41,456 bases of DNA from a bacterium. Its GTDB lineage: Bacteria > JAJRZV01. Below are positions 18,569-29,319 of this stretch, piece by piece. Below the pieces are notes generated by a model. That model was not told the origin of the DNA, did not search any database, and saw nothing but the letters and a program-made list of their open reading frames with translations. The stretch covers positions 1-41,456 of the forward strand of contig JAJRZV010000069.1 in the NCBI GenBank assembly GCA_024275095.1, given 5' to 3'. The number at the start of each line of letters is the position of its first letter. Within the stretch, counting starts at the first letter, position 1. The translations under genes were made by a program, and so were the position numbers.

Positions 18569-19000
18569 TTAAAATATTTCCATCTCTTCCAGTGCTTTTT
18601 CCACCGACTGGAGCAGAACGGCAACATCCCCCAGGGAGACTTTCCTGCTGAAACTGACGATCAGCACATCTCGCCCTGTTTCTTCATCGCCTACCGATAC
18701 CCAGCGTTGCTGTGTTTTCTGGAAACCTAGACGTTCCAGGGGCCCACCTATGGTTTCCATTTCGTTCTCAACATGTTTTTCGATTTCGTGATCTGTGTAG
18801 ATATCTTATGTGATTACGGCGTCGCGTTTGTCGTAGGCAACTTCTACAACCATGTTGTCCTGGGTCAGGAAGATCCCCGAGGGAATGCTTCTCCCGTCAG
18901 GCTGCATCTCCCAGAGTTCCACACGATCACCCGAGATAACAGGATGATATTTTGTACCAGTCAATACCCTTTGCAGGGCTTTTGCTAATTCTTCAATCAT
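18569..19000 (-). pseudogene. Hypothetical ~143-codon protein split by one in-frame TAA (18806-18808)
   Basis: ORFs 18806..19000 and 18569..18760 are in the same frame and join as ...KRDAVIT*DIYTDHEIEKHVENEMETIGG... with no other stop. Confidence 0.65.
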
Positions 19001-19007
19001 ACTGTAT

Positions 19008-19037
19008 ACTTTACTTCGTAGATACGGTGGTTATCAA
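19008..19037 (-). promoter_or_regulatory. sigma70-type promoter, probably leaderless
   Basis: Minus strand TTGATA-N18-TAAAGT-N7-ATG(19000). Confidence 0.45.
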
Positions 19038-19064
19038 CGCCCTTTTTACAGGAGGTTACCCAAG

Positions 19065-19280
19065 ATGGCAAGAGTTACTATAGAGGATTGCCTGGAGAAG
19101 CTTAACAACCGTTTTCAGCTGGTGCACCTGGCAGCTCGTCGGGCCAAACAGCTGATAACAGGGGCCCGACCTCTTGTAGAAAACAAGGATAATAATAAAG
19201 AAATTGTACTTTCTCTTAGAGAAATTGCAGCAGGCAAGGTGCTGCCTCGCGAAGAAGAAGACGAAGGGGAAACGTTTTAA
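19065..19280 (+). CDS. rpoZ: RNA polymerase omega subunit
   Basis: [30 protein letters not shown]...ALREIA-like SLREIAAG. Confidence 0.98.
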   Translation: MARVTIEDCLEKLNNRFQLVHLAARRAKQLITGARPLVENKDNNKEIVLSLREIAAGKVLPREEEDEGETF

Positions 19281-19391
19281 CCTCTTATACCCGCAGGTCC
19301 CGTTTCGCTTTCTGTTGAGTGAAATAAACACAGTTGACACGTATGGGTACGTGCCTGTTTTAAAGTTGTTTTTTGTGGCAATATATCTAAC

Positions 19392-21530
19392 ATGAGACTT
19401 GAAGATGTACTCGAAAAGGTAAGAATGTACCGCAAAGAAGCGGATCTTGATGTAATAAAAAGAGCCTATATTTTTGCGGCACTTCACCACGGAGCGGATA
19501 AAAGACGCTCCGGCGAACCATTTATCGTGCATCCCCTGGAGGTCGCAGGAATTCTTGCTGATATGAAGTGTGATGAGGTTACTGTAGCTACCGGGCTGCT
19601 TCATGATGTCGTGGAAGATACCAGCATCACCACCGAGGACATCAGAAAGTATTTTGGCGATGAAATCGCTTTTCTGGTTGATTCTGTGACGAAAGTAGAA
19701 AGTGTGGCTTTTCAATCCCGCGAGGAAAAACAGGCGGAAGCTATACGCAAGGTGCTTTTGGCCATGGCGCGTGATGTAAGGGTGATTCTGGTTAAGCTTT
19801 CCGACAGACTTCACAACATGCGCACCATTATGTACCTGAACGAGGATAAAAGGCGTGCTGTAGCAGAGGAGACCTTGGAGGTTTATGCGCCTCTGGCTCA
19901 CAGGTTAGGTATTTACTGGCTGAAGACCGAGCTGGAGGACCGGGCTTTCGAGGTGCTCAGACCCGAAGAATACGCAGAAATTTCGAAAAAGATCAATTCA
20001 TTGAAGAAAGAAAAAGAAAAGTATATTCAGGAAATGTGTTCCAGAATTCAGTCCATTTTGAAAAGGGAAGGGATTAAATGTGAAGTGCAGGGACGATTTA
20101 AAAGTCCTTATTCCATTTACAGAAAGATGTTGAGGGATAACCTCACCTTTGAAGAGGTGTACGATGTTATCGCATTTCGGGTGCTTGTGGACACCGTAAG
20201 GGATTGCTATTCGGCTCTCGGGGTCATACACCTGAATTTCAAGCCCATTTTTGAGAGATTTCGTGATTATATCAGCCGTCCCAAACCAAACAATTACAGG
20301 TCACTTCATACCACTGTGGTGGGCGAAGACGGACAGAAAATGGAAATTCAGATCAGGACTTACGAGATGCACCGTGAAGCCGAGGAGGGTGTTGCTGCCC
20401 ACTGGACGTATAAGGAAGGAAAGGGACGCCCTGAAGAATTGCAGATTTATGCATGGTTAAGAAGGCTCCTGGAAATGAGGGAAGGATCAACCGACCCCGT
20501 CCGGTTTGTTTCTGATGTGAAGGAGGAACTCTTTTCTGATCAGGTGTTTGTGTTTACACCCAAAGGAGACGTGGTGGAACTTCCCAGAGGAGCCACACCT
20601 GTAGATTTTGCTTATGCTATTCACACTGAGGTTGGACACAGGTGCATTGGGGCTGAAGTTAACGGCCGCATGGTGCCTCTTGATACCCCGCTGGAGGTGG
20701 GTGATCGTGTGAGAATTATCACCGGAAAGGAACCTAATCCCAAAAAGGCATGGCTCGCCTTTGTAAAAACGGGCCGGGCACGTTCAAAAATCAGGGCATG
20801 GATTAACGCAAAGGAAAGGGAAGGCCTGATCAGGGTTGGTCGCTCCTTGCTTGTTAAAGATTTAAAGAAAAGATTGCGCAAATTTAAAAAGAGCGAGATG
20901 GAAAAGAATATAGAAGAGGTGGCTCATGAAATGGGGTTTAAGGACGTGAGCGGCTTTTACGCAGCCATTGGAGCTGGAAAGATCTCTATTCATACAGTGT
21001 TACATAGATTGTTGCCGAAAGAAGGTGCCGAAGAAGCGGGGGCAAAAGAAAAACAGCCTTCCTTGCGCACTCTTATACAGCGATGGAGTGACGGCAGAAG
21101 CGAAATTATTGTCGACGGCATGACCGACGTGTATGCCAGGTTTGCGAGGTGTTGTAATCCTTTGCCAGGAGAACCCATAGTTGGCCATGTGTCCGTAGGT
21201 AGAGGACTGGTCATTCATTCCGCGCGTTGCAGTCGAATAGAAGCTGTACCAGAGGAGAGATTGGTGCCGGTGCGATGGGGCATTAAGGAAGGCACCCCTC
21301 GCAAAACAAAACTTAAAATTTACTGTGAAGACAGACCAGGTGTGCTTGCTTCTATTTCTCATGCTATTTCCAAGGAAAATATTAATATTTCTGATGTGTC
21401 ATCACGTGCAGTAATGACTGGCAGGGTGCTCATTTCTTTAAGCATAGAGGTTGTTAATTTTCAGCAGTTGAGAAAGATTCTTAAAACTGTAGAGATGACC
21501 AAGGGGGTGTTAAATGTGCAGAGGGTTTGA
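19392..21530 (+). CDS. rel: Bifunctional (p)ppGpp synthetase/hydrolase (long RSH)
   Basis: HD domain LLHDVVEDT, synthetase YRSLHT/EIQIRT, TGS VFTPKG...DFAYAIHT, ARCCNPLPG, C-terminal ACT DRPGVL. Confidence 0.97.
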   Translation: MRLEDVLEKVRMYRKEADLDVIKRAYIFAALHHGADKRRSGEPFIVHPLEVAGILADMKCDEVTVATGLLHDVVEDTSITTEDIRKYFGDEIAFLVDSVTKVESVAFQSREEKQAEAIRKVLLAMARDVRVILVKLSDRLHNMRTIMYLNEDKRRAVAEETLEVYAPLAHRLGIYWLKTELEDRAFEVLRPEEYAEISKKINSLKKEKEKYIQEMCSRIQSILKREGIKCEVQGRFKSPYSIYRKMLRDNLTFEEVYDVIAFRVLVDTVRDCYSALGVIHLNFKPIFERFRDYISRPKPNNYRSLHTTVVGEDGQKMEIQIRTYEMHREAEEGVAAHWTYKEGKGRPEELQIYAWLRRLLEMREGSTDPVRFVSDVKEELFSDQVFVFTPKGDVVELPRGATPVDFAYAIHTEVGHRCIGAEVNGRMVPLDTPLEVGDRVRIITGKEPNPKKAWLAFVKTGRARSKIRAWINAKEREGLIRVGRSLLVKDLKKRLRKFKKSEMEKNIEEVAHEMGFKDVSGFYAAIGAGKISIHTVLHRLLPKEGAEEAGAKEKQPSLRTLIQRWSDGRSEIIVDGMTDVYARFARCCNPLPGEPIVGHVSVGRGLVIHSARCSRIEAVPEERLVPVRWGIKEGTPRKTKLKIYCEDRPGVLASISHAISKENINISDVSSRAVMTGRVLISLSIEVVNFQQLRKILKTVEMTKGVLNVQRV

Positions 21531-21540
21531 CTTAGGAGGT

Positions 21541-21732
21541 TTAAGCAGATTTGGTTACAAGTCCCTTTTTAATACAGGCGGTGCACACTCTCATGCGCCT
21601 CACCTTTCCATTGACGAGAACTCGGATTTTTTTTACATTTGGTCGGAATTTTCTGGATGAGCGCTTGTTAGAATGACTCACACGGTTACCAAACACCACC
21701 GATTTTCCACACACTTCACATCTGTACGCCAT
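21541..21732 (-). CDS. rpmB: 50S ribosomal protein bL28
   Basis: True start ATG 21732 (SD aggagg): MAYRCEVCGKSVVFGNRVSHSNKRSSRKFRPNV...VCTACIK. Both CxxC pairs are present. Confidence 0.97.
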   Translation of the reverse strand: MAYRCEVCGKSVVFGNRVSHSNKRSSRKFRPNVKKIRVLVNGKVRRMRVCTACIKKGLVTKSA

Positions 21733-21757
21733 TTCCAGCCTCCTGAAACTGGGCAGC

Positions 21758-21786
21758 ATGATAAAAGGCATAACTTTTTTTGTCAA
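21758..21786 (-). promoter_or_regulatory. Near-consensus sigma70 promoter of rpmB
   Basis: Minus strand TTGACA-N17-TATCAT. Confidence 0.75.
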
Positions 21787-21796
21787 GGAAGAACGA

Positions 21797-22810
21797 ATGA
21801 ACGGAAGTAAAAAAGTCATTGGTGTGCTTGGTGGTGGTTCGTGGGGCACAGCCCTTGCCCAGCTCGCTGCAAATAATGGTTATCGTGTAATAATGTGGTG
21901 TTATGAACCCGATGTTGCAGAGTCTATCAATAAGAACAAAGAGAACTACCGTTATCATCCTGGAATAAAACTCAGTGATAATATTCATGCGACACTGGAG
22001 GTGGCCGAGGCTGTTGAGGGGATGGAAATTATCGTATCGGCCGTGCCTTCTTTTGCAGTACGAGAAATATGGGATCGGGCCAAAGGGTATGTAAGCGAAA
22101 AGGCCGTTGTTGTGAGTGCGACGAAGGGTATAGAAGAAGACACATTGATGCGCATGAGTGAGGTTATACTTCAGGTCACTGGAGAAAATACGCGTGTTGC
22201 TGTGCTTTCAGGTCCCAGTTTCGCCAAGGAGGTTATCAGAGGCCTGCCGGCTGCTGTGACCGTAGCTTCTTCTCATGAAGATGCTTCTCGGCTCGCGTGC
22301 GAGGTATTTCACTCATCACGCTTCCGTACATATATTCATCACGACGTTGCCGGCGTAGAAATTGGAGGTGCAATTAAAAATGTGATGGCAATAGCTGTGG
22401 GGCTTTCAGACGGTCTGGGTTTTGGACTGAATACGCGTGCTGCATTGATTACACGGGGCCTGCATGAAATCATGCGTCTTGGAGTGAAGATTGGTGCTGA
22501 TCCTGTAACCTTTTCAGGACTTTCAGGTATGGGCGATCTGGTCCTCACAGCCACAGGTGACCTGAGTCGAAACAGGCGTGTGGGGTTGGGGCTTGCCAGG
22601 GGTAAAAAACTTGAACAGGTATTGAAAGAATTGGGGGAAGTGGCAGAAGGGGTAAAAACAGCACCTGTTGCACTGGCTCTGGCATCCAAATACAATGTGG
22701 AAATGCCTATAACCCGAGAGGTAAATGCGATCTTGTTTGAGGGAAAGGACCCGGTTTCTTCTGTGAAGGATTTGATGACAAGAGAAATGAAAACAGAAGT
22801 GTACTGGTAA
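21797..22810 (+). CDS. gpsA: NAD(P)H-dependent glycerol-3-phosphate dehydrogenase
   Basis: GGGSWGTALA, ATKGIE, LSGPSFA, GGAIKNVMAI, GDLVLTATGDLSRN and VAEGV. Start set at ATG 21797. Confidence 0.97.
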   Translation: MNGSKKVIGVLGGGSWGTALAQLAANNGYRVIMWCYEPDVAESINKNKENYRYHPGIKLSDNIHATLEVAEAVEGMEIIVSAVPSFAVREIWDRAKGYVSEKAVVVSATKGIEEDTLMRMSEVILQVTGENTRVAVLSGPSFAKEVIRGLPAAVTVASSHEDASRLACEVFHSSRFRTYIHHDVAGVEIGGAIKNVMAIAVGLSDGLGFGLNTRAALITRGLHEIMRLGVKIGADPVTFSGLSGMGDLVLTATGDLSRNRRVGLGLARGKKLEQVLKELGEVAEGVKTAPVALALASKYNVEMPITREVNAILFEGKDPVSSVKDLMTREMKTEVYW

Positions 22811-22816
22811 GAGAGG

Positions 22817-24286
22817 ATGGAAGGTAAAAAAATCTTGCAGGTGGATACCGGGAGTGAAAACTCCTATCAATTAAGGGAGAAGTGGCTTGAGGTCCTTCCT
22901 CTTGAGGATAAGGATGCCAAACTTTTCGAGCTTGAAATGTTGTTGAGGGGAATGGATCGCTTTTTCAACGTGAGAAATCTTCCTATTGCAGATTTGGAAA
23001 ATGTGGTGCTCAGAAATTTTCACAACGAAATGAAGGTTGTGGTCATGGGGATTGACAGGTGCATTCTTCTGCTCAAGTCACTTTTGCCACCGGAAGATGC
23101 AAATGTATTCAACTTTCAGATGTATCTCGAAAACTCCCTCTTGATAGATTATGCAAGAGATAAGTTTATTCTGAATAACCTGCGCCAGACTCATCCAAGA
23201 GAAAGCCTCTATCTCATGTTGCTGGCTTTTATTAATTTTTCGGTCATTCTCAAAGCCCTTCTTAATCTCAAACATATCTCCTACATGGCTTTTCATCATA
23301 CAGGTCAGATTGTTTCCCGTGAGATCGCCATCAATCGTTTTTTCAATCCGATGGAGATGCCCGCATTTTCTCCCAGATATGACAAGATCACCATTCCCGA
23401 GTTGAAGAAAGCTGTTGCACGCATTAAGAATTCGAAGGTTCGCTCTACTTATTCTATTATTATACTTGCTCTTCTTCGCTCACTCAGGTACCTGGAACAT
23501 GTGAATCCAGACGTCAATTCAAAAGATCATTTAAGATTTTACACACTTATATTTTCGCTTTTGCGTTCAGAGATCGAGTCGCTGGTGAAGTTTATAGAAG
23601 GTGAGGGTGCCAGGAGGATTAAAGAGGCGGGTATCTCTGAAGATGAACGGACTGAGCACCTGGAGCGTTTTGATTCCGTGGCATTTCAGATCGACATCGA
23701 ATCCAAAAAAGTGTACAGGCAGGTGCTCAGGGACATACTTGAGGTGAGCAGCCTTAATCGCCTGCGGAGTATGGTGGAAAGCGCAAAAGGTATTCTCAGA
23801 AACATTCTCGAACAATCGGTGGTGTTGCTTGCCCACGGGCTGGATGAGAACATTGATGGAAGGGTTATTTTTCCTGATTTTATTCCGAGGTTTGAGCAGT
23901 CGGTAAGGCTGCGCGAGGATATTTTTATTTTTATCAAGATTCTCGAGGCGGTGGAAAGGTCGTTAGACGGGGCAAAGGATGCGGAGATACCACGCAGGCG
24001 GATACTCAGTGTAATAAACGATTATATTTCCTACTTTATGAATCTCAGTTTCAATTATGTCAGGTATTCTGATTCGGAAGAGTTCATAGACTTTTTCAAC
24101 TATGTCAGCAGTTTAAAAAAGTCGGACCTCGAAGAAAAGCGAAAGTTCAACGAATTCAGGTTTAAAGTACACGTGTTTAAAACTTTTCTTGAGACCACCT
24201 TGGGTTTGATTAATAACCGTGCGGAACTTTCCGGTGTTCCTATTGATCAGGAACACGCCATGGAAATATACAGGCAATTTCTCTGA
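22817..24286 (+). CDS. All-helical hypothetical protein (489 aa)
   Basis: Long ORF in the operon with gpsA, with an SD. No catalytic motif recognised. Confidence 0.85.
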   Translation: MEGKKILQVDTGSENSYQLREKWLEVLPLEDKDAKLFELEMLLRGMDRFFNVRNLPIADLENVVLRNFHNEMKVVVMGIDRCILLLKSLLPPEDANVFNFQMYLENSLLIDYARDKFILNNLRQTHPRESLYLMLLAFINFSVILKALLNLKHISYMAFHHTGQIVSREIAINRFFNPMEMPAFSPRYDKITIPELKKAVARIKNSKVRSTYSIIILALLRSLRYLEHVNPDVNSKDHLRFYTLIFSLLRSEIESLVKFIEGEGARRIKEAGISEDERTEHLERFDSVAFQIDIESKKVYRQVLRDILEVSSLNRLRSMVESAKGILRNILEQSVVLLAHGLDENIDGRVIFPDFIPRFEQSVRLREDIFIFIKILEAVERSLDGAKDAEIPRRRILSVINDYISYFMNLSFNYVRYSDSEEFIDFFNYVSSLKKSDLEEKRKFNEFRFKVHVFKTFLETTLGLINNRAELSGVPIDQEHAMEIYRQFL

Positions 24287-24355
24287 ACTGCGAAGGGTGC
24301 GTCACTGCCTGCAGTCCAATCGGTACTTGCGGATACGTTTTCTGGATGTTCACTT

Positions 24356-27300
24356 ATGATTGATGTCATCGCTGTAAAAGTCGGCGCTATTGTTGAGAGG
24401 TTGCTTCAAAACAAAACTGTCCTTGTCGTTTCTGATGAAAACAACTCAACGTTGTTTTTTGAGTCACTGCAATGCCTGACTGATTGCATATATTGTTTTT
24501 ACGGCGACTCTTTTCTCAGAGACGTGTTGCGCTGGTATGAAACAGAAGAAAAAGAGGGAGCCGTAATTGTTACCACACAGGATGTGCTTCGGAGGGGGCT
24601 TCCAACCCGGGCGGCCCTGAAAAAGGAGTCACTTACAATTCGCCGGAATCAACACGGGGTGCGTCAGCCTCTTGTGGATTTTCTTATTGCTCAGGGATAC
24701 TTTCGTGTCCCGGTGGTTGAATCGCCGGGCGAATTTGCAGTAAGAGGCCTGGTTGTGGATGTGTTTCCCCGGGGCGAGATGCAACCTGTGCGCGTGCAAT
24801 TTTCCGGTGGACGTGTTGATAGGTTGGGATTTTTTGACCCTGTGACTCAAAGAACAGAAAACGAAATTTTTTGCTACTCATTTGTTGCAGAGCACGCACC
24901 TCGGTTTCGTTACGTGCCTTTTCTTTCGGTCATGCCATCTGATTTTGAACTTCTGGTGGATGAATGCATCAGCTTGCTTCATGATGGCGCTGGCTCATTG
25001 GTGCCTGAATCTATAAATTACAGAGTACTTTCTCCTTTATCTGAAGTTTGCAGCAACAGCGCAGCTGGGGAGGCACGCCTGGAAGAGTTCATCAGTTACC
25101 TTAAACGTTCTTCGAGGCGCTTTTTCTCGTCCATGAAATCATTTATCAACGAACGGCTTGAAAAAGGATGGACTGTGGTTTTTGCATGTCCCAATCCTTT
25201 CCATTTAGAAAGATTTTATGAGGAGTTTCTTAATGTTGGATTGAGTCCCGTGATCTGGAAGGCGAATCTTTCTCAACTGGTACAGGGGAGAAAAACAAAA
25301 AAAGCGGGAAAGTTGTATATGGTGGTGGCTCCCGGTGCTCCATGCCTGGACCTTGAAAGTGTCCAGTTTTCCATAATCACTGCTTCGAGAATATTCGGCA
25401 CAAGAGGAGCAGAGAAAAAGAGAACAGCTCCTCAGGCCCATTCACTGAGGGATATTGTCAGAGGTGATTTTGTGGTGCATAGAGATTATGGAATCGGGAG
25501 GTTTGAAGGTATTGTCCAGGAGACTGTAAGAGGGGTGACAAAGGAGTTTTTGAAAATTGTCTACGCGGGAGGAGATCGTCTGTTTTGTCCTGTTGAGAAT
25601 ATGCATCTGGTACACAAATACCTCTCACCTTCAGGGAAAGAGCCGCATCTGGACAAACTGGGGGGACGTGCATGGCAGATCCGTAAACGGAAAGTGCGGA
25701 TGGCCGTGGAGAAGGTTGCACACGAGCTTCTGGAAATATATGCGAAAAAGGAAACGGCACGACCCATCAAGTTTTCTCGACCGGGAGAATTGTACGAAGA
25801 GTTTGAAAAAACATTTCCTTATGAAGAGACGGAGTCACAACATAAAGCAATTGAAGAGGTAATAAACGATCTTACTTCCGAATATATAACCGACCGCTTG
25901 ATTTGTGGAGATGTGGGTTTTGGCAAGACCGAGGTTGCACTCAGGGCGGCTTTTAAAGCTGTGGAAGACGGATTTCAGGTGTTGCTTCTTGCACCGACCA
26001 CACTTCTTGTGCATCAGCACTACAGGATATTTTCCGAGAGATTGAAGTAATTTCCCGTGATTGTAAGGTCATATAGCCGACTTGTACCCAAAAAAGAACG
26101 TGACACTATTTTACAGGAGCTCCTCAGGGGAGAGGTGGACATCCTTATAGCGACCCACGCTGTGATTACAGAAAAGGTCAGGTTCAAAAATCTTGGGTTG
26201 CTGATTATAGATGAAGAACATCGCTTTGGAGTGCGGCACAAAGAGTACTTTCGCAAGATGAGGGAGAATGTGGAGGTGCTTTCGCTCAGTGCAACCCCCA
26301 TACCACGTACACTTTACATGGCACTGGCAGGAATTAAACAAATGAGCATTATTGATACCCCGCCACCCGATAGAAAAGCGGTAAAAACCTACATTGTGGA
26401 GTATTCTGAAAGTCTTGTAAAAGAAGCCATTGAACGTGAAATTGAACGCGGAGGGCAGGTTTTTTTTATTCATAACAGGGCCCGTGAGATTGATTTTTAC
26501 GTAAGAAAAATTCGTTCACTTGTTCCTGAAGTCAGGGTTATAGGAGCACATGGTCAGTTGCGCCCCCGTGAACTTGAAAATCGTATTATCGCGTTTGTGT
26601 CGGGAAGCGCGGACGTCCTGGTTTCCACCAACATCGTGGAGGCCGGACTCGATATGCCGCGTGTGAATACCATTATCATTAATAACGCTCATTCGTTCGG
26701 ACTCGCAGATCTCTACCAACTGCGGGGAAGGGTTGGCAGGTCCCCTGTTCAAGCCTATGCGTACCTGCTTTTGCCTCCAGGGTTTACTGTAAGTGAGGAA
26801 GCGAAGAAAAGACTGCTTGCCATGAAACGATTTGTAGAGCCAGGGTCTGGGTACCGCATGGCTCTCGAAGATCTTGAGATAAGAGGTGCAGGAACCCTGC
26901 TGGGAAAGCACCAGTCAGGCAAGATGGAAGAGGTGGGTATTGATTTTTACCTTGAGGCGTTGAGGCATGCTGTGCTGCAAAAGCGGGGGAGGCCGGAGGA
27001 GCCTGCTGGTCATATGTGTTGCGTCAGGGTCCTTGCTGAGGCCCGGATCCCTCGATGGTACATAGCAGAAGAAGAGGTGAGGCTGAAGGTGTACAGACGC
27101 CTTTCACGCATAGAGTCGGAAGAGGATGTAGACGAGATTTTTCAGGAAGTCCGCGATATATTTGGACCTCCTCCATCAGAGGTGGAGTTTCTCTTTCAGG
27201 TGATGAAGTTTAAATTGCGAATGACATTGCTGGGGGCTGAAAATGTGGAAGAACAGCAACCAGGCCACTTTAAGGTGTCTCTCCGAGAGGGCTGGATTTT

Positions 27301-27364
27301 TGTGAAAAAAGACATTGATATGAAAGGGGTTGTGGTGGATATCAAAATGAGGGGTGTGCCGTGA
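24356..27364 (+). pseudogene. mfd: Transcription-repair coupling factor, interrupted by one in-frame TAA at 26048-26050
   Basis: UvrB-homology GEFAVRG, CarD-like VVHRDYGIGRF, Walker A GDVGFGKT, then ERLK*FPVIV, DEEHRFG, SATPIPRTL, QLRGRVGR, DLEIRGAG and a TRCF domain. Both ORFs are in one frame (1002 codons joined). Confidence 0.92.
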
Positions 27365-27457
27365 TAAAATGCCATAGGGTTGAAAACGTCGGCGAGGTTT
27401 TTTCCATGGTTGAGCAGGTAATGAAAGAAATTGCAAGACCTAAGGAGGTACGGGTTG

Positions 27458-28354
27458 ATGAATAAAAGAGCAACGTTCCTTGTTTTGATGACTTTCCTCT
27501 GGGTTGCAGGCGGGTGCACTCATAAAAGACCACAGGGCCGTGTGATTGCAAGAATTGACGGTGAAGTATTCACCATTGACGATTTGCGTGCGGAACTCTC
27601 TTTGCTCAAACCCAGAGAATTGAAAGCCCTTGGTGCGAACGCGCAGAGAAGGCTTCACTTTATGGAAGGCCTGATTGAACGATGGAAAATGTATGCGGCG
27701 GCCAAAAAGGAAGGGATTGACCAGCTTCCTGAAATGAGAGCTCTGGTGCGAGCATATGAGACACGTCTTCTTCAGAGAAAGTACCTGGAGCAGAAAGTTC
27801 CTTCAGTAAAGGTCGGATTTAAAGATGTAAAAGCCTATTACGACAAGATCAAAGACGAACGTTACCTGAGCAGGGGAATGGTAAGGGTCAGGCGGATCGT
27901 GGTGAAGACGAAGAAAGAGGCGGACGAGGTTCTCAAGGCACTGAAGAGAGGGGAAGATTTTGGCAAACTGGCGGGTGAATATAATACCATCCCTCGCCTC
28001 AAGGCAAAAAAGGGGGATCTGGGTTATCTTGGCCGCGGGGTACTGCCTCCGGAGGTGCAAAAAGTTGTTGATAAAATGAACAAAACACTGGAGGTGGCCG
28101 GCCCTATTAAGACCCGCGAAGGGTATGAGTTTGTACAATATATAGATCGTATAAAAAGGGCCTATGTGCCACTTGAAAAGGTTTACAACGACCTTGTTGA
28201 AGAAGTGAGTGCCAACAGGCGAGCTCAGGCGTACAAAAAGCTGAAAGAGGAGATAGAAAAAAAGTTGAAGGTTGAGGTAAAAGAATCTTTGATTAACGAG
28301 TTTATAAAGAAACAGGCGGGTAAAATTAGAGTAAAAGCACGTACCAACAAATGA
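27458..28354 (+). CDS. PpiC-type PPIase/foldase lipoprotein
   Basis: SD aaggagg; lipobox VAGGC; GEDFGKLA...KGDLGYL parvulin motifs. Confidence 0.85.
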   Translation: MNKRATFLVLMTFLWVAGGCTHKRPQGRVIARIDGEVFTIDDLRAELSLLKPRELKALGANAQRRLHFMEGLIERWKMYAAAKKEGIDQLPEMRALVRAYETRLLQRKYLEQKVPSVKVGFKDVKAYYDKIKDERYLSRGMVRVRRIVVKTKKEADEVLKALKRGEDFGKLAGEYNTIPRLKAKKGDLGYLGRGVLPPEVQKVVDKMNKTLEVAGPIKTREGYEFVQYIDRIKRAYVPLEKVYNDLVEEVSANRRAQAYKKLKEEIEKKLKVEVKESLINEFIKKQAGKIRVKARTNK

Positions 28355-29319
28355 ACGTTCGCCTTATTCAAAAATGTGTGTGTATGTTTGTTGTATGCGT
28401 GTGTGGCTGTACTATAAAGCAAAGTGGTCCTGTGGTTGTAGCTCTGGTGAATGGAAGAGAAATCACTTCAGCGGATATAAAAAAGGAACTGATACTCACG
28501 TCAGGCCAGACCCTGCGGGATGAATTGCGGAAGGCCGCACTTTCTGAAAATCCACGGGTGCAGGCGGGATTGAAACTTCAAATTCTTTCGAAATTGCTGG
28601 ATGAACTTTTGCTGGAAGAGGAGGCAAAGAATCGCGGTATTAATGTTTCGTCAAAAGAAGTACAGCAGGAGCTGAACGCGCTTTTCCGGTCTTATCCCGG
28701 AGGTTTTACTGTATATTCTGCTGTTCATTCAGGAGTGTCTATTAGAGACGTTAAGGAAAATCTCAAACGTCAGTTATTGATAAAAAAGCTTCTCGAACAG
28801 GAGGCCGGCAAGGTAAAAATCAGTGAGGAAGAAATAAAAAAGTATTATGACTCGCATTCTGAGGAATTTTACCAGTCCGATCGGGTGCGGGCTCGTCAGA
28901 TTGTTGTACCGGATCTCAGCAGAGCGAAGAAAATACTTGAGCTTCTCCAGCGACCCGGTGGCCGCAAGCGCTTCGCAGAATACGCACGGAAATACTCTAT
29001 TTCACCAGAAGCCAAAGACGGGGGGGATCTGGGTTACTTCAGCGAGGATGAGGTGCCTCCACAATTTAACGTGTGTTTTAAACTTCGCAGAGGTGAGGTG
29101 AGCCGGATAGTGAAGTCGCCTTACGGGTATCATATCTTCATGGTAGAGGACCGGCAGCCGGGCAGGCAGCGTTCGTTTGAGGAGGTAAAAGAGGAGATTC
29201 GAAATCTATTGATGGAACGCAAGAGGAAAGAGATCGTCCAGAATTTTATCACGCGTTTGAGGTCTAAGGCGGAAATTGTGGTATATGAAGACCGTCTTGC
29301 AGGGGTGAGTCTGTTTTGA
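28351..29319 (+). CDS. PpiC-type PPIase/foldase (PrsA/SurA-like)
   Basis: VALVNGREIT, FAEYARKYSISPEAKDGGDLGYF and SPYGYHIF. Confidence 0.9.
   Translation: MNVRLIQKCVCMFVVCVCGCTIKQSGPVVVALVNGREITSADIKKELILTSGQTLRDELRKAALSENPRVQAGLKLQILSKLLDELLLEEEAKNRGINVSSKEVQQELNALFRSYPGGFTVYSAVHSGVSIRDVKENLKRQLLIKKLLEQEAGKVKISEEEIKKYYDSHSEEFYQSDRVRARQIVVPDLSRAKKILELLQRPGGRKRFAEYARKYSISPEAKDGGDLGYFSEDEVPPQFNVCFKLRRGEVSRIVKSPYGYHIFMVEDRQPGRQRSFEEVKEEIRNLLMERKRKEIVQNFITRLRSKAEIVVYEDRLAGVSLF

Noticed and set aside
19056-19901. 281-aa minus-strand ORF
   Set aside because: Antisense shadow of rpoZ/rel with no recognisable motif.
21733-21849. 39-codon N-terminal extension of rpmB in the ORF track
   Set aside because: It spans the rpmB promoter and the gpsA start; the SD supports ATG 21732.
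24284-24355. The TGA of the 489-aa gene is in frame with mfd and the 69-bp gap is open (possible Sec or read-through fusion)
   Set aside because: Same-frame adjacency is a 1-in-3 coincidence. There is no redox context and no visible SECIS hairpin. More likely the mfd start lies slightly upstream.
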